This document shows, piece after piece, positions 26,657 through 35,281 of a stretch of 53,738 nt of DNA; the stretch's first letter is position 1; each line of letters begins with the position of its first letter. The notes under the pieces are model-generated. The model was not told the DNA's origin, did not search any database, and saw nothing but the letters and a program-made list of their open reading frames with translations. Origin of the DNA: a virus; the UHGV virus genome UHGV-0115803. One strand, written 5' to 3'. Position numbers and translations under genes: made by a program.

Positions 26657-26804
26657 AAATAAAACCTCCACAACCAACTAAGGCTGTAGAGGGTGTTTGC
26701 TGCATACGAAAACCCACTCTTTAGCAAGGGTAAAGAGTGGGCAAAAGAAAATGTGAGAGCGGATTACTCTCTACTTAGCAGTTTATCACTTTTAGGTTTC
26801 AGTG

Positions 26805-26876
26805 CAATAAAAAACAGGCACCTTTCGCCAGGGTGCCTGCCCCTCCTGTTTAGTTGAGGTATGAGGATACTTAGTA
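26805..26876 (-). ncRNA. array unit IV short RNA (terminator hairpin ~26815-26839)
   Basis: Promoter (plus coordinates) -10 at ~26882-26887, -35 at ~26905-26910; hairpin CAGGCACC..GGTGCCTG + T6. Confidence 0.35.
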
Positions 26877-26924
26877 AATTCATCATAATATAAAACGGTT
26901 ACAATGGCAAACAAAATGATCTCT

Positions 26925-26990
26925 AAAATAAAAAGGAGCACCCGATTATTCGAGTGCACGCAGATAAAATGAAAGAAAAGTTTCTAGGAT
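26925..26990 (-). ncRNA. array unit III short RNA (terminator ~26936-26960)
   Basis: Promoter -10 at ~26997-27002, -35 at ~27020-27025. Confidence 0.35.
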
Positions 26991-27039
26991 ACTTGTATTG
27001 TAAGCTAAAGCGCTTACATTAGCAAGGGGTAAGTAAAGC

Positions 27040-27102
27040 TAATAAAAAGAAGCACCCGATCACTCAGGTGCTCCCACAGAAATAAAAGATTCTCTAGAAT
27101 AA
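27040..27102 (-). ncRNA. array unit II short RNA (terminator ~27049-27074)
   Basis: Promoter -10 at ~27108-27113, -35 at ~27130-27135. Confidence 0.35.
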
Positions 27103-27154
27103 ATTCAGTATACAATGTAACGGTTACATTGACAAGCAATATGATGATATCGCA

Positions 27155-27212
27155 CCAAAAAGGGACGCTCAATAATTGAGCGTCCCTAGAGAAAATAAAA
27201 GATTCACTTGGA
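27155..27212 (-). ncRNA. array unit I short RNA (terminator ~27162-27186)
   Basis: Promoter -10 at ~27218-27223, -35 at ~27241-27246. Perfect 11-bp stem GGGACGCTCAA. Confidence 0.35.
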
Positions 27213-27330
27213 TCTTTAGTATATAATGTTAAGGTTACATATGCAATAGAAAAAACAGCTTAGTTTAGAGGTCTTTACTATAACTATTTAACTTAAAATC
27301 AGTTTTCTAGATTACATTTAGTTTTTTTAT

Positions 27331-27401
27331 GTACCCCGCAGGCCTCGAACCCGCATCTTCCGATATGAACCGGAGTATTCTACCAATTGAACTAAGGGTA
27401 C
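27331..27401 (-). tRNA. tRNA-like gene (CAT anticodon candidate) with a non-canonical anticodon arm
   Basis: Acceptor GTACCCT/GGGGTAC, D-arm GTTC-AATTGGTA-GAAT, T-arm GCGGG-TTCGAGG-CCTGC. The anticodon arm folds only as a 5-bp stem with a 6-nt loop, or a 4-bp stem with an 8-nt loop. Confidence 0.55.
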
Positions 27402-27756
27402 TTTAAATGAGTATTATTATTTTTTAAACGTGTTACAATAAAGAAATAGAACGTCAGATCTTCCCCACAGTCCACTTCCCCAAGTAACTGTATCTGACGT
27501 TCCCTTTTTTTATGGGCGAGTGACTTCCCAATAGAGTAGATGTTACCTAGAAACCGATTTCTTTGCAAATGATACACTCATGACAAAGTGATACACTACA
27601 CAAAGAAACAACCAGCCCGCACACGACTGGTTGCCGATCAAGATGAAACTTAGTTATGAAAAAGAAGTAAGTTCTGGCAAAACTTACACATTCATAATAG
27701 CTCTTTTGTTAATATCTTGCAAGCGCATTCTCGTCTAAACTCTTTTTTAATGTCAC

Positions 27757-27782
27757 TTAATATCGTGATACCAACGGGTTTC
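27757..27782. repeat. 26-bp direct repeat TTAATATCGTGATACCAACG(G/T)GTTTC, copy 1
   Basis: The second copy (~28548-28573) is the 3' end of the endolysin gene. Confidence 0.6.
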
Positions 27783-27850
27783 AAAGACATTCAATCTCCA
27801 AAGATAAATGTGGTATCATAAAATATCAATAATTCTTAAAGGAGAACGCT

Positions 27851-28378
27851 ATGGAATCATTTCAGGATAACCACTATATTTTATACTGGCTGTTTCAAAT
27901 TTTAACTTTCGTCGGAGCATTCACCATTCTTCAGGGTCTTGTATACTTTATTAAACCCTATGAGTATGAAAGTATCACTGTAAAAAATGTTGATAAAATT
28001 GATAAAACAGCGGTCTATAATGATTATGATATTATTGAGGAAATTGATTTTGACAAGAAAAACGAATTCCCAAACCATAAGACTATTATTATAAGTCCGC
28101 AGGATTCATTAATGAGTAGTATTGAGTTTTCAGAGTTAAGTAATGATTTGACCCATTTTAAAAAATCAAGTATCCAGTTTAGAACGAGTGAACTAGAACC
28201 ACAACAATACTTACTTTTAAGAGTTCCTACTACGGATATGACTGGTATAATTCAAATTAACTTCAAAATAAATTATAAAAAAGGATCATATGAGTTTTCT
28301 CCAAATATGAGAAATGGTCATGAAGATAAAGTCGTTCTTAAAGTTAAAAAAACTTTAACAAGCTTTATTAATAAATGA
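27851..28378 (+). CDS. membrane protein (175 aa), flanked by the direct repeats
   Basis: N-terminal TM helix YILYWLFQILTFVGAFTILQGLVYFI; very AT-rich. Confidence 0.4.
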   Translation: MESFQDNHYILYWLFQILTFVGAFTILQGLVYFIKPYEYESITVKNVDKIDKTAVYNDYDIIEEIDFDKKNEFPNHKTIIISPQDSLMSSIEFSELSNDLTHFKKSSIQFRTSELEPQQYLLLRVPTTDMTGIIQINFKINYKKGSYEFSPNMRNGHEDKVVLKVKKTLTSFINK

Positions 28379-28506
28379 TCATTTTCTTGATAGATACAAA
28401 CAAAATAATCCTATAGCGATCAATACTGCTCCTAGTATAAATGTTTTAATAAATTCAACATTAGTTAACACACCAATAAAAATCTGTTTCATAATTAATT
28501 ACCTTT

Positions 28507-28550
28507 TAACTCCCTTTGTTATTTTGCAAAGGGAGTTCTTTCTTTTATTT
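28507..28550 (+). terminator. intrinsic terminator AACTCCCTTTG-ttattttg-CAAAGGGAGTT + T-rich tail
   Basis: 11-bp stem read directly from the sequence. Confidence 0.5.
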
Positions 28551-29552
28551 AATATCGTGATACCAACGTGTTTCGTAGAAGTCTTGATGACCTCCACTTA
28601 CATCACCTTTAGCGTCATTTGTAGCACGTGTCATCACAATGACTGACTTACCACTAAAATGCTTAGCATTGAAATTCACATCATAACCGACATTCCCAGT
28701 CGTCCGATAAGCAGCATTCACATCTGGTCTTGCTACTCCAGGTGCTTTCTGGCGTGCCAATTCTTTGCCAGTTGTCCGATCAATAATAAATACATATTGA
28801 TACTTGTAATTAGCGATATGCCACCCACGCGCCTTCAAGGTGTTCCCGATTCTCCCCCATTGATCAACATGAGCATGGTTTCCTTTGCCATCGTTCATTA
28901 CAGAATATCCTGATCCTGCGGTAGTTGGATCTACAGGTTTGCTTGGAGTCGGTGCAGGTTTGTTCTCGTTTGATTCAAACCCATACTTCACATCATGCGC
29001 AAATTGCGCTTGAGACACACCCTGACTTGCTAAATAGCCATACGGGTCCGTATGATCGCCCCACCAATTCGTAGAAATGTATTGGTGACTGATGACCCCT
29101 TTGCCGCCTACTGGACTGTCTACAGTAAGAGGAATATTAAACCGTTTCGCACTGTCACGAATTAATTCAATGTAAACTTTATAGTTCTGTTTAAAGAGCG
29201 CTGGATTTGGCGTTGCCTGCAGTTCAATTTGAACAGGTGAATTTGCATTCGCAAAAGCTCCGGCTCCATATTGTACATATCCTGGTTCACCAACTTGGTA
29301 GACAATACCGTCACCAACAATATAGCTAGTGTAGGCATTCATCCAATTGCGCTTCATAAAGGTAGCTTCGTTACGTCCTGTTGCGCTAGGATTTGCAGTA
29401 TCGTGAGCAATAATGTAATTATGATTCGCTCTAATTGGACTGCCTTCATTCGCCCCTAAATTGAACTCGTTATTGATCGTGTAAGCAAACCCATTAATAG
29501 GCAATAAAAAAAGAGCCAGTAAAAGGCTCAGTAACGTAATTTTCTTTTTCAT
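28545..29552 (-). CDS. endolysin: N-acetylmuramoyl-L-alanine amidase with Sec-type signal peptide and C-terminal wall-binding domain
   Basis: Start at MKKKITLLSLLLALFLLPINGFA, preceded by AGGAGGA. IIAHDTANP...GDHTDP are amidase_2-like motifs. The listed ORF start at 29591 overlaps the holin. Confidence 0.7.
   Translation of the reverse strand: MKKKITLLSLLLALFLLPINGFAYTINNEFNLGANEGSPIRANHNYIIAHDTANPSATGRNEATFMKRNWMNAYTSYIVGDGIVYQVGEPGYVQYGAGAFANANSPVQIELQATPNPALFKQNYKVYIELIRDSAKRFNIPLTVDSPVGGKGVISHQYISTNWWGDHTDPYGYLASQGVSQAQFAHDVKYGFESNENKPAPTPSKPVDPTTAGSGYSVMNDGKGNHAHVDQWGRIGNTLKARGWHIANYKYQYVFIIDRTTGKELARQKAPGVARPDVNAAYRTTGNVGYDVNFNAKHFSGKSVIVMTRATNDAKGDVSGGHQDFYETRWYHDIK
28548..28573. repeat. 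26-bp direct repeat, copy 2 (inside the endolysin 3' end)
   Basis: See 27757-27782. Confidence 0.6.
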
Positions 29553-29562
29553 GTGATTCCTC

Positions 29563-29760
29563 CTATTTTTTCGAATTGTATGCTGAGACACCTGTAACTA
29601 CTCCTAAAAAAGTAGCTACAGCATTAATTGTTAGCACAGTCATATCCGCGCCACCCCAACCGTATGCTTTTCCAAGCGTGCCAACTAAAACAGATGCAGC
29701 TGGCAACACTGTGAGAACCGCCCATTTAATAATTTGGTAATACTTGTCCGGTAAAATCAT
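29563..29760 (-). CDS. holin (65 aa, two TM)
   Basis: Start MILPDKYYQ after a G-rich RBS; two hydrophobic helices. Confidence 0.5.
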   Translation of the reverse strand: MILPDKYYQIIKWAVLTVLPAASVLVGTLGKAYGWGGADMTVLTINAVATFLGVVTGVSAYNSKK

Positions 29761-29771
29761 TTCAACCCCCC

Positions 29772-30032
29772 CTATAATTTCGTTAAGAAATAGCCTAATA
29801 TAGTAATACCTAAACCGATCATGTAACCCCATGACCATTTATTGTTTGCTTTAATTTCTTTGATGTCATCAGCATTGTTGAGTGCAATAGAATATGCGTG
29901 ATCCGCCACATCTTTCGCAGCATCCGCCTTCTCTCTCAATGCCTCGTAATTATCAAGTTTTGTTTCAATGCGCACTAAGCGCTCAATAACATCTTGTGCA
30001 GTATCATCTTTCAAAACTCCCCCGCCTTCCAA
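29772..30032 (-). CDS. XhlA-like holin-associated protein
   Basis: Coiled N-terminus plus one C-terminal TM helix; located in the lysis cassette. Confidence 0.45.
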   Translation of the reverse strand: MEGGGVLKDDTAQDVIERLVRIETKLDNYEALREKADAAKDVADHAYSIALNNADDIKEIKANNKWSWGYMIGLGITILGYFLTKL

Positions 30033-30069
30033 CTAAATAATTAGCCCCGTTAAAAACGAGGCTAAATTG

Positions 30070-30300
30070 TTACTCTGCCAATTCTGGCAAATCCATATCT
30101 ACTAGAATCTCTTTCACTTGCTCGCGAATTAGACCTGGTACTTGTTCAATCGTTTTCTTACCTTTAATAATTAAAGTCGCATACACTACAGCCATTTCTT
30201 CCACCTCCCTTCTGAGTAAATAAAAAGCAATCCTAATCCGCAGTTTCTGCATCAAGGATTGCTTGTACTTCATTTCTGATTGTTCTAGGAACTTCTTCAA
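30070..30300 (-). CDS. XkdX-like small phage protein
   Basis: VVYATLIIKGKKTIEQVPGLIREQV resembles the XkdX family. Confidence 0.45.
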   Translation of the reverse strand: MKKFLEQSEMKYKQSLMQKLRIRIAFYLLRREVEEMAVVYATLIIKGKKTIEQVPGLIREQVKEILVDMDLPELAE

Positions 30301-30346
30301 TAGTCTTCAATCCCTTCCGGATCAAATTCACGTAAATATTCGCCAT

Positions 30347-30706
30347 TTACATATCCCCCTTCGCCGCATCGGCAGGAATTAACATTTCGTACACTTCTGC
30401 CAAAGCCAACTGTGTATCAGTTAACTGAGTTTCTTGTTCTTTAGCTTTAATCTTCAACTCTTCATTCTGCTTTTGAATAGCTTGATTAAGTGTTTCTATT
30501 AATTCGAGCTTTTCGTTAAAGTTCTGGGTTACAACTTCTTCCCAAACATTTTTTGCAAAATTGAAAAACTGCGACTGCGGATTCTCTAAATTTTGAATAG
30601 GTTCGACTTCCACAAATGGAATAGAAGTTGGGAAATCATCTGCTACCTCGTGTATTTCATATCCAATCGGATATAATACCTTGTAAATTAATTTCATATC
30701 ACTCAC
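30347..30706 (-). CDS. hypothetical tail-associated protein (XkdW-like position)
   Basis: ORF; coiled-coil C-terminus. Confidence 0.35.
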   Translation of the reverse strand: MSDMKLIYKVLYPIGYEIHEVADDFPTSIPFVEVEPIQNLENPQSQFFNFAKNVWEEVVTQNFNEKLELIETLNQAIQKQNEELKIKAKEQETQLTDTQLALAEVYEMLIPADAAKGDM

Positions 30707-30708
30707 TC

Positions 30709-33429
30709 CTACAATTTGTTTTTTGCCTTATATGATGCAGTTCCAACATACCAGATGCCTTTTGTTAACGTACTGTGCGCCTTGATTCCTTTCCCAACAA
30801 ACTTGACGACTGCTTGAGCCGTTTCATTCCCAACAAAAAAGCTGAAATTCTCTCCAGGTTCAAAAATATCATCCACAATAGATTCAGCTACAATATTCAT
30901 ATCCCTTGTTAAATCCCCACTTGCTCTGACTTGGAAATTTGCATAGATATCTACATCATCACCGTACCGTTTGAAAACTATCGAGCCCGATTCAAGTGAA
31001 GAATTGTTGGTAGAGTTGGTAACAAAACGGATTTCACCGTTTTGAGTAAGAACGTTGTTTCCGCCAACTTGAAGGCCATTGGCAAAGTTCTTAACACCAA
31101 GTACAGTCTCATTTTCAGTCCGAGAAACAAACTTGTCTTTCGTCCATTTCGCAATTGCTTGAAAAACGCGCAGCGGTGTCATTGTCTTCTCATTGTTTTC
31201 TCCTGCTTCCGCCTCTTCTTCAGTTGCAATATTTTCTATGTGATTGGCCGCGATTATAGACTCGATAATTGTTTTACCGTTTGCTTCAATTTCAACGATT
31301 AAACGTAAATCTTTCACTTCTAATAATGCAGATGTTACACCATCTGATATCGCACCAGCGTCATTAGTGCCATTTCGTTTAGTCGTCGCATAGACCGTCA
31401 AAACGCCTGTTGAAGATAATTGATCTAGTTGCGTAGCAGTCAGTGTTTTTGATATTTCTACAAACTCAGATGTTTGATTGTTTACTAAAAATTCTGACGT
31501 TCCATCGGTATATTTTAGATATAGTTGACCATTTTTCGAAGCATTAGCACCACTACCTCTCAAAGTAGATTTAATAGTGACACCTTTTTGAATTGATTTA
31601 AAGCATGTAATTTTTTCAGCATCAGTTGTTGTTTTCCCGAAAATATCAGGATATCGATTTGCAAATACTTCAATAATTTTAAAAGGCGTTTCAATCTCAG
31701 CTCCACGCCCGACGATTTTAGTCTCTGCTCGAACAATTCCATCATCTGAAAGTAAGTCTTCATAGTCTTTTTCATTGAATGGAACCATGCCGCCGTTAAT
31801 CGGTGTTAGTCCGCTGTCAGCTTGCGAAGGTGTCCATTCGTCCATTGCTTCGAGTGATCCATTGATTAGTTTTTCCTCACCATACCTTACTGTTGTAGAA
31901 ATAGTTGAGTTGGATTTTACGAGCGGTTTAACATAAATATTTGTGTATTCCTCCAAAACTGTGACTTGTACCATCGATCTACCGATAGACCCTTTTAAAA
32001 CTGATGATCCATTGAACGAAACATACGTGTTGTCACTCTTTTTACATGCTAATTGGGCAAATACATCAGCAGTCCCTGCAGTGTTATCAATTTGAACGGC
32101 GTAAGTTACTAGATCATTTGGTTTAAAAAGATTGCTGACAACTAAATTCGTTTCTTTATATTGTGTTTGAATAAATGTTACTTCACTTAATGTTGAGCTT
32201 GTTCCGTTCCGTAAATTAGGCTGTCCGTGAACAACCCCCACGTCTTCGGCAGCGGGATAAAAAGATTCAATATTCATAATTTCGCTCTTAGAAACAATGA
32301 TCGCTTTAATCCACATTTCACCGGTAGTGTAAAATGTCATTACTTCATTGTCGGTGGTTCCCGTACTTTCTACGCCGACCCACGTGTAATTTTGTGTCAG
32401 TGTCGCTGAACCTCTTTTTTTGTCGAAACCTAATTGAATTATTCCTGTTCCTTTTGCCAATGCGTAAAAGAAAAATTTTTCATTGGCTTTTGTGGAATAA
32501 CCGTATTTTAATCGTTGGTCAGAAGGTTGAAAGACACCCGTAACTGTACCATTATTTGATTTAGCATGAACAACGTCGTCTACAAACTCAGAAAGATTTC
32601 CCGCTGGTTGATGATAAGACCAATTTGTTATACCGTTTTTGAAATCCCCGTTTAAGATAATATTCGTGTACGGCAAATCCTTAACAAACCGACTCGCCAT
32701 TCCCTCAGTTCCATTAACCAACAATTCTTTTTTCAAGATTGTTGACTCAGCGCCACCTATCTGATCGATCACGTTTGCGGAACTTTCTTGCTTGGTAAAA
32801 ACGTCATGCTCTTCTATAGATTTCAGTATCTCTGCTTGAACTTCTTGTAATGATTTAGCATCCTTTGATAAGTTATTAAGTTTGATAACCAAATCATTGT
32901 ACATTTGATAAATGCTCTGATACTGAGATTCTTTAGCTTGAAGAAATACTTTAAATCTTTCCTCAAAATCAATAGATTGGTCTCCAAACCTTTTTTCAAA
33001 ATCCGATAAAAGTTGGTCTAGAAGCCGTACATACAATGTCACTTGACCCTGATCTATGTCAGAATTATTGAGTACATCAACAGTGAAATCTTGGAATGTT
33101 ATTCTATTGCCATCAGCATCGGTCAATTGAAAATACGCTCTTTTAAACTCTTTCAAGACACTAAAATTATCTTTAGTAAATGTGTAGCGAATCATACCTT
33201 TCTGTCCATCAAGTATTTCGGGAACACCATCTGTATACTCGCCCTTTGCGTTAGTGCCGACAAAAATCAAATCATGGTTTGAAAAAACAGAATACGGTGT
33301 TTTCCCATCTGATTTTAGTAATTCGACATCAATCGTTGTTAGTCCTCCATCGCCTAACCTTCCAACAACTCGTTGCTTTCGATACGGACTTGACTTATTT
33401 TCGGTCAATATTAGTTTTATATTACTCAA
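30709..33429 (-). CDS. receptor-binding / tail fibre protein with BppU-like N-terminal domain
   Basis: 906 aa, last large tail gene; central coiled coil and C-terminal beta-rich region. Confidence 0.55.
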   Translation of the reverse strand: MSNIKLILTENKSSPYRKQRVVGRLGDGGLTTIDVELLKSDGKTPYSVFSNHDLIFVGTNAKGEYTDGVPEILDGQKGMIRYTFTKDNFSVLKEFKRAYFQLTDADGNRITFQDFTVDVLNNSDIDQGQVTLYVRLLDQLLSDFEKRFGDQSIDFEERFKVFLQAKESQYQSIYQMYNDLVIKLNNLSKDAKSLQEVQAEILKSIEEHDVFTKQESSANVIDQIGGAESTILKKELLVNGTEGMASRFVKDLPYTNIILNGDFKNGITNWSYHQPAGNLSEFVDDVVHAKSNNGTVTGVFQPSDQRLKYGYSTKANEKFFFYALAKGTGIIQLGFDKKRGSATLTQNYTWVGVESTGTTDNEVMTFYTTGEMWIKAIIVSKSEIMNIESFYPAAEDVGVVHGQPNLRNGTSSTLSEVTFIQTQYKETNLVVSNLFKPNDLVTYAVQIDNTAGTADVFAQLACKKSDNTYVSFNGSSVLKGSIGRSMVQVTVLEEYTNIYVKPLVKSNSTISTTVRYGEEKLINGSLEAMDEWTPSQADSGLTPINGGMVPFNEKDYEDLLSDDGIVRAETKIVGRGAEIETPFKIIEVFANRYPDIFGKTTTDAEKITCFKSIQKGVTIKSTLRGSGANASKNGQLYLKYTDGTSEFLVNNQTSEFVEISKTLTATQLDQLSSTGVLTVYATTKRNGTNDAGAISDGVTSALLEVKDLRLIVEIEANGKTIIESIIAANHIENIATEEEAEAGENNEKTMTPLRVFQAIAKWTKDKFVSRTENETVLGVKNFANGLQVGGNNVLTQNGEIRFVTNSTNNSSLESGSIVFKRYGDDVDIYANFQVRASGDLTRDMNIVAESIVDDIFEPGENFSFFVGNETAQAVVKFVGKGIKAHSTLTKGIWYVGTASYKAKNKL

Positions 33430-33440
33430 TCCTTCACCTC

Positions 33441-34229
33441 CTATTTAGCCAGATATAAACCAGTTCCAAGATAATATGAATTTCCCTTTAACCCCCATTC
33501 CGTTCGAACAGTTTGTGTTTGTGCGTCTATTACAAGATCACCAGTTCCAGTAAGAGAAATGTGCGAACTAAAATCAACTTCTAAATTTGATGGAATTCTA
33601 TTAATTAGATTTTCTTTTGCTTTTAATCCAGCATCTTTAGTTTGAAAATTACAATGAACAATCACTAAATCTCCGGTTCTAATGAACCTTACTTGCCCAC
33701 CTTTAATTGCAGGATCACTATTTTTTGTTCTGTCGACAATTACATATCCTTTATAATTTGACTCATTCAGTTCGTAATTAACATTTGAACCATTTGAGTT
33801 GAAACTACAAAGTGAAAATGTATATACTTTGTCTCCTTGATTAAGATTGCCATTTACTAATGACGTAACCCACTCCAAACTGACTTGATTATTTGTCCAT
33901 GTATATAAATCAGTTGCAGGATCATTTTCCAAATCTGGAACGACTTCTTGAGTTAAATCGATTCTCAAGACGATATAACCACTCGAATTTGCTGGAACAG
34001 TTATCGTCTGAGCTTCTTTTAAATAAATAAAACGCCCTTGTACTAATGCACAACCAGCACCTACAGTAATTTTTAATCCACTCTTCGAAAGTCTCAGTTC
34101 CTGCTCATATCCCTTTATCACATAGTTCCTTCGCTGAGCTAGGGTATGATACAACTTCGCATCATTCGCAGCACTCACCTTCACATTGTCAAACTGGAAT
34201 CCATCTACATTATCTGCCAAACTAATCAC
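33441..34229 (-). CDS. baseplate/tail protein
   Basis: Position between the Tal-like gene and the receptor-binding protein. Confidence 0.4.
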   Translation of the reverse strand: MISLADNVDGFQFDNVKVSAANDAKLYHTLAQRRNYVIKGYEQELRLSKSGLKITVGAGCALVQGRFIYLKEAQTITVPANSSGYIVLRIDLTQEVVPDLENDPATDLYTWTNNQVSLEWVTSLVNGNLNQGDKVYTFSLCSFNSNGSNVNYELNESNYKGYVIVDRTKNSDPAIKGGQVRFIRTGDLVIVHCNFQTKDAGLKAKENLINRIPSNLEVDFSSHISLTGTGDLVIDAQTQTVRTEWGLKGNSYYLGTGLYLAK

Positions 34230-34231
34230 TC

Positions 34232-35281
34232 CTAATCTTCGTCAAAATAATCACTTACCCTGCTTCTGATATTTCCAAAAGTAAGATTTATTGAATTGCT
34301 GTTACTGTTGATTCTCCACGCACTTAACACGGACTTATACATTTTTTCTTTTACTGTTACATCAAAAAGTAATCCTGTTTGTAAATCACGAATATCAAAG
34401 TTTTTCGAGTCTAGAATGATACTCACGCTGATTTCGTGACTGTACGCGTTGCCTTTTAATTCAGAATTTGCTACTTCTTCATAGCTAGGCTTATCCTCTT
34501 GTTCGGTGTCGTAAATCGATACAATACTGACTGTCGGTTTGAGAATACTTTCGTTAGTTTTATCTGTGGTTAGTTCATTCTGATCATCTAGATAATATGT
34601 AGAAAGGATTCTAGGATTCTCTATATCAGTCATTTTCTTATCCACTATCAACAACATGTTTTCGTTACCATTTCCTGGCTTTTTGATGAAAACATTCCAG
34701 TCGTAAAACTCACTTGAATTATCCTTGATTTGCTTCGTCGTATCGATTCGCTTAATACTTGAAATGATCTTATCGTCGCGAATCTCTTCAAAGCACCATT
34801 TTATGTTGTATTTTTTAAATGCATTTCGTAGGTAGCTATTCAGTTTTCTCGAAGTAACTTCGGTTGCCTGATAACTATGATTCGTATTGGTTACTGTATT
34901 CACAGATAGAATCTCTGAAAGATTCTTTGTCGGATCACTTAAGAGATATTTTTCTATCAACCGCTTGAAATGCTCCTCAAAACTCGGACCAGTAGTTTTA
35001 CAAGTTGGGATACTACTATCTCCAAGTGCTTGCGCTAAATCTCTACATCTTATTTTGATATCTTCTTGTGAATCAATTACACCGAAATATAGTACTCTTC
35101 CGCTCTCAATATCTTTTGCTAAAAGAAAATCTCCTTTCTCAATTTGCACATACTTATTCAAATCAAATTCGCTAACCCAATTTGAAGAAATCTCATCGAT
35201 TCCAAAATCAAAGTCCTCACTAATGTATTCTTCTTCGTACTTCGATAAGTCAAACCTATATAGATGAATGGACAGAATCAA
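34232..35281 (-). CDS. tail-associated protein (Tal-like, short)
   Basis: Position downstream of Dit. Confidence 0.4.
   Translation of the reverse strand: MILSIHLYRFDLSKYEEEYISEDFDFGIDEISSNWVSEFDLNKYVQIEKGDFLLAKDIESGRVLYFGVIDSQEDIKIRCRDLAQALGDSSIPTCKTTGPSFEEHFKRLIEKYLLSDPTKNLSEILSVNTVTNTNHSYQATEVTSRKLNSYLRNAFKKYNIKWCFEEIRDDKIISSIKRIDTTKQIKDNSSEFYDWNVFIKKPGNGNENMLLIVDKKMTDIENPRILSTYYLDDQNELTTDKTNESILKPTVSIVSIYDTEQEDKPSYEEVANSELKGNAYSHEISVSIILDSKNFDIRDLQTGLLFDVTVKEKMYKSVLSAWRINSNSNSINLTFGNIRSRVSDYFDED

Larger units (their letters stand above)
26700..27290 (-). repeat. Tandem array (~112-bp period, 4-5 units) of minus-strand minigenes: sigma-A promoter + ~60-nt U-rich RNA + intrinsic terminator
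   Basis: Promoters TTGCAT-17-TATACT, TTGTCA-17-TATACT, TTGCTA-17-TACAAT, TTGCCA-17-TATGAT. Terminator stems differ by compensatory changes. Confidence 0.45.

Noticed and set aside
27095-27140. Resemblance of array units (CTAGAATA...ATGTAAC) to the Firmicutes dif site, as a target for the XerD-like recombinase
   Set aside because: Spacing between the putative arms is ~15 nt rather than the 6-8 nt of dif. The similarity is limited to short AT-rich words.
26700-27290. Possible CRISPR array
   Set aside because: The repeated parts are ~112-bp units with divergent hairpins, not identical 28-37-bp repeats with unique spacers. Each unit has promoter and terminator features instead. No cas genes are present.
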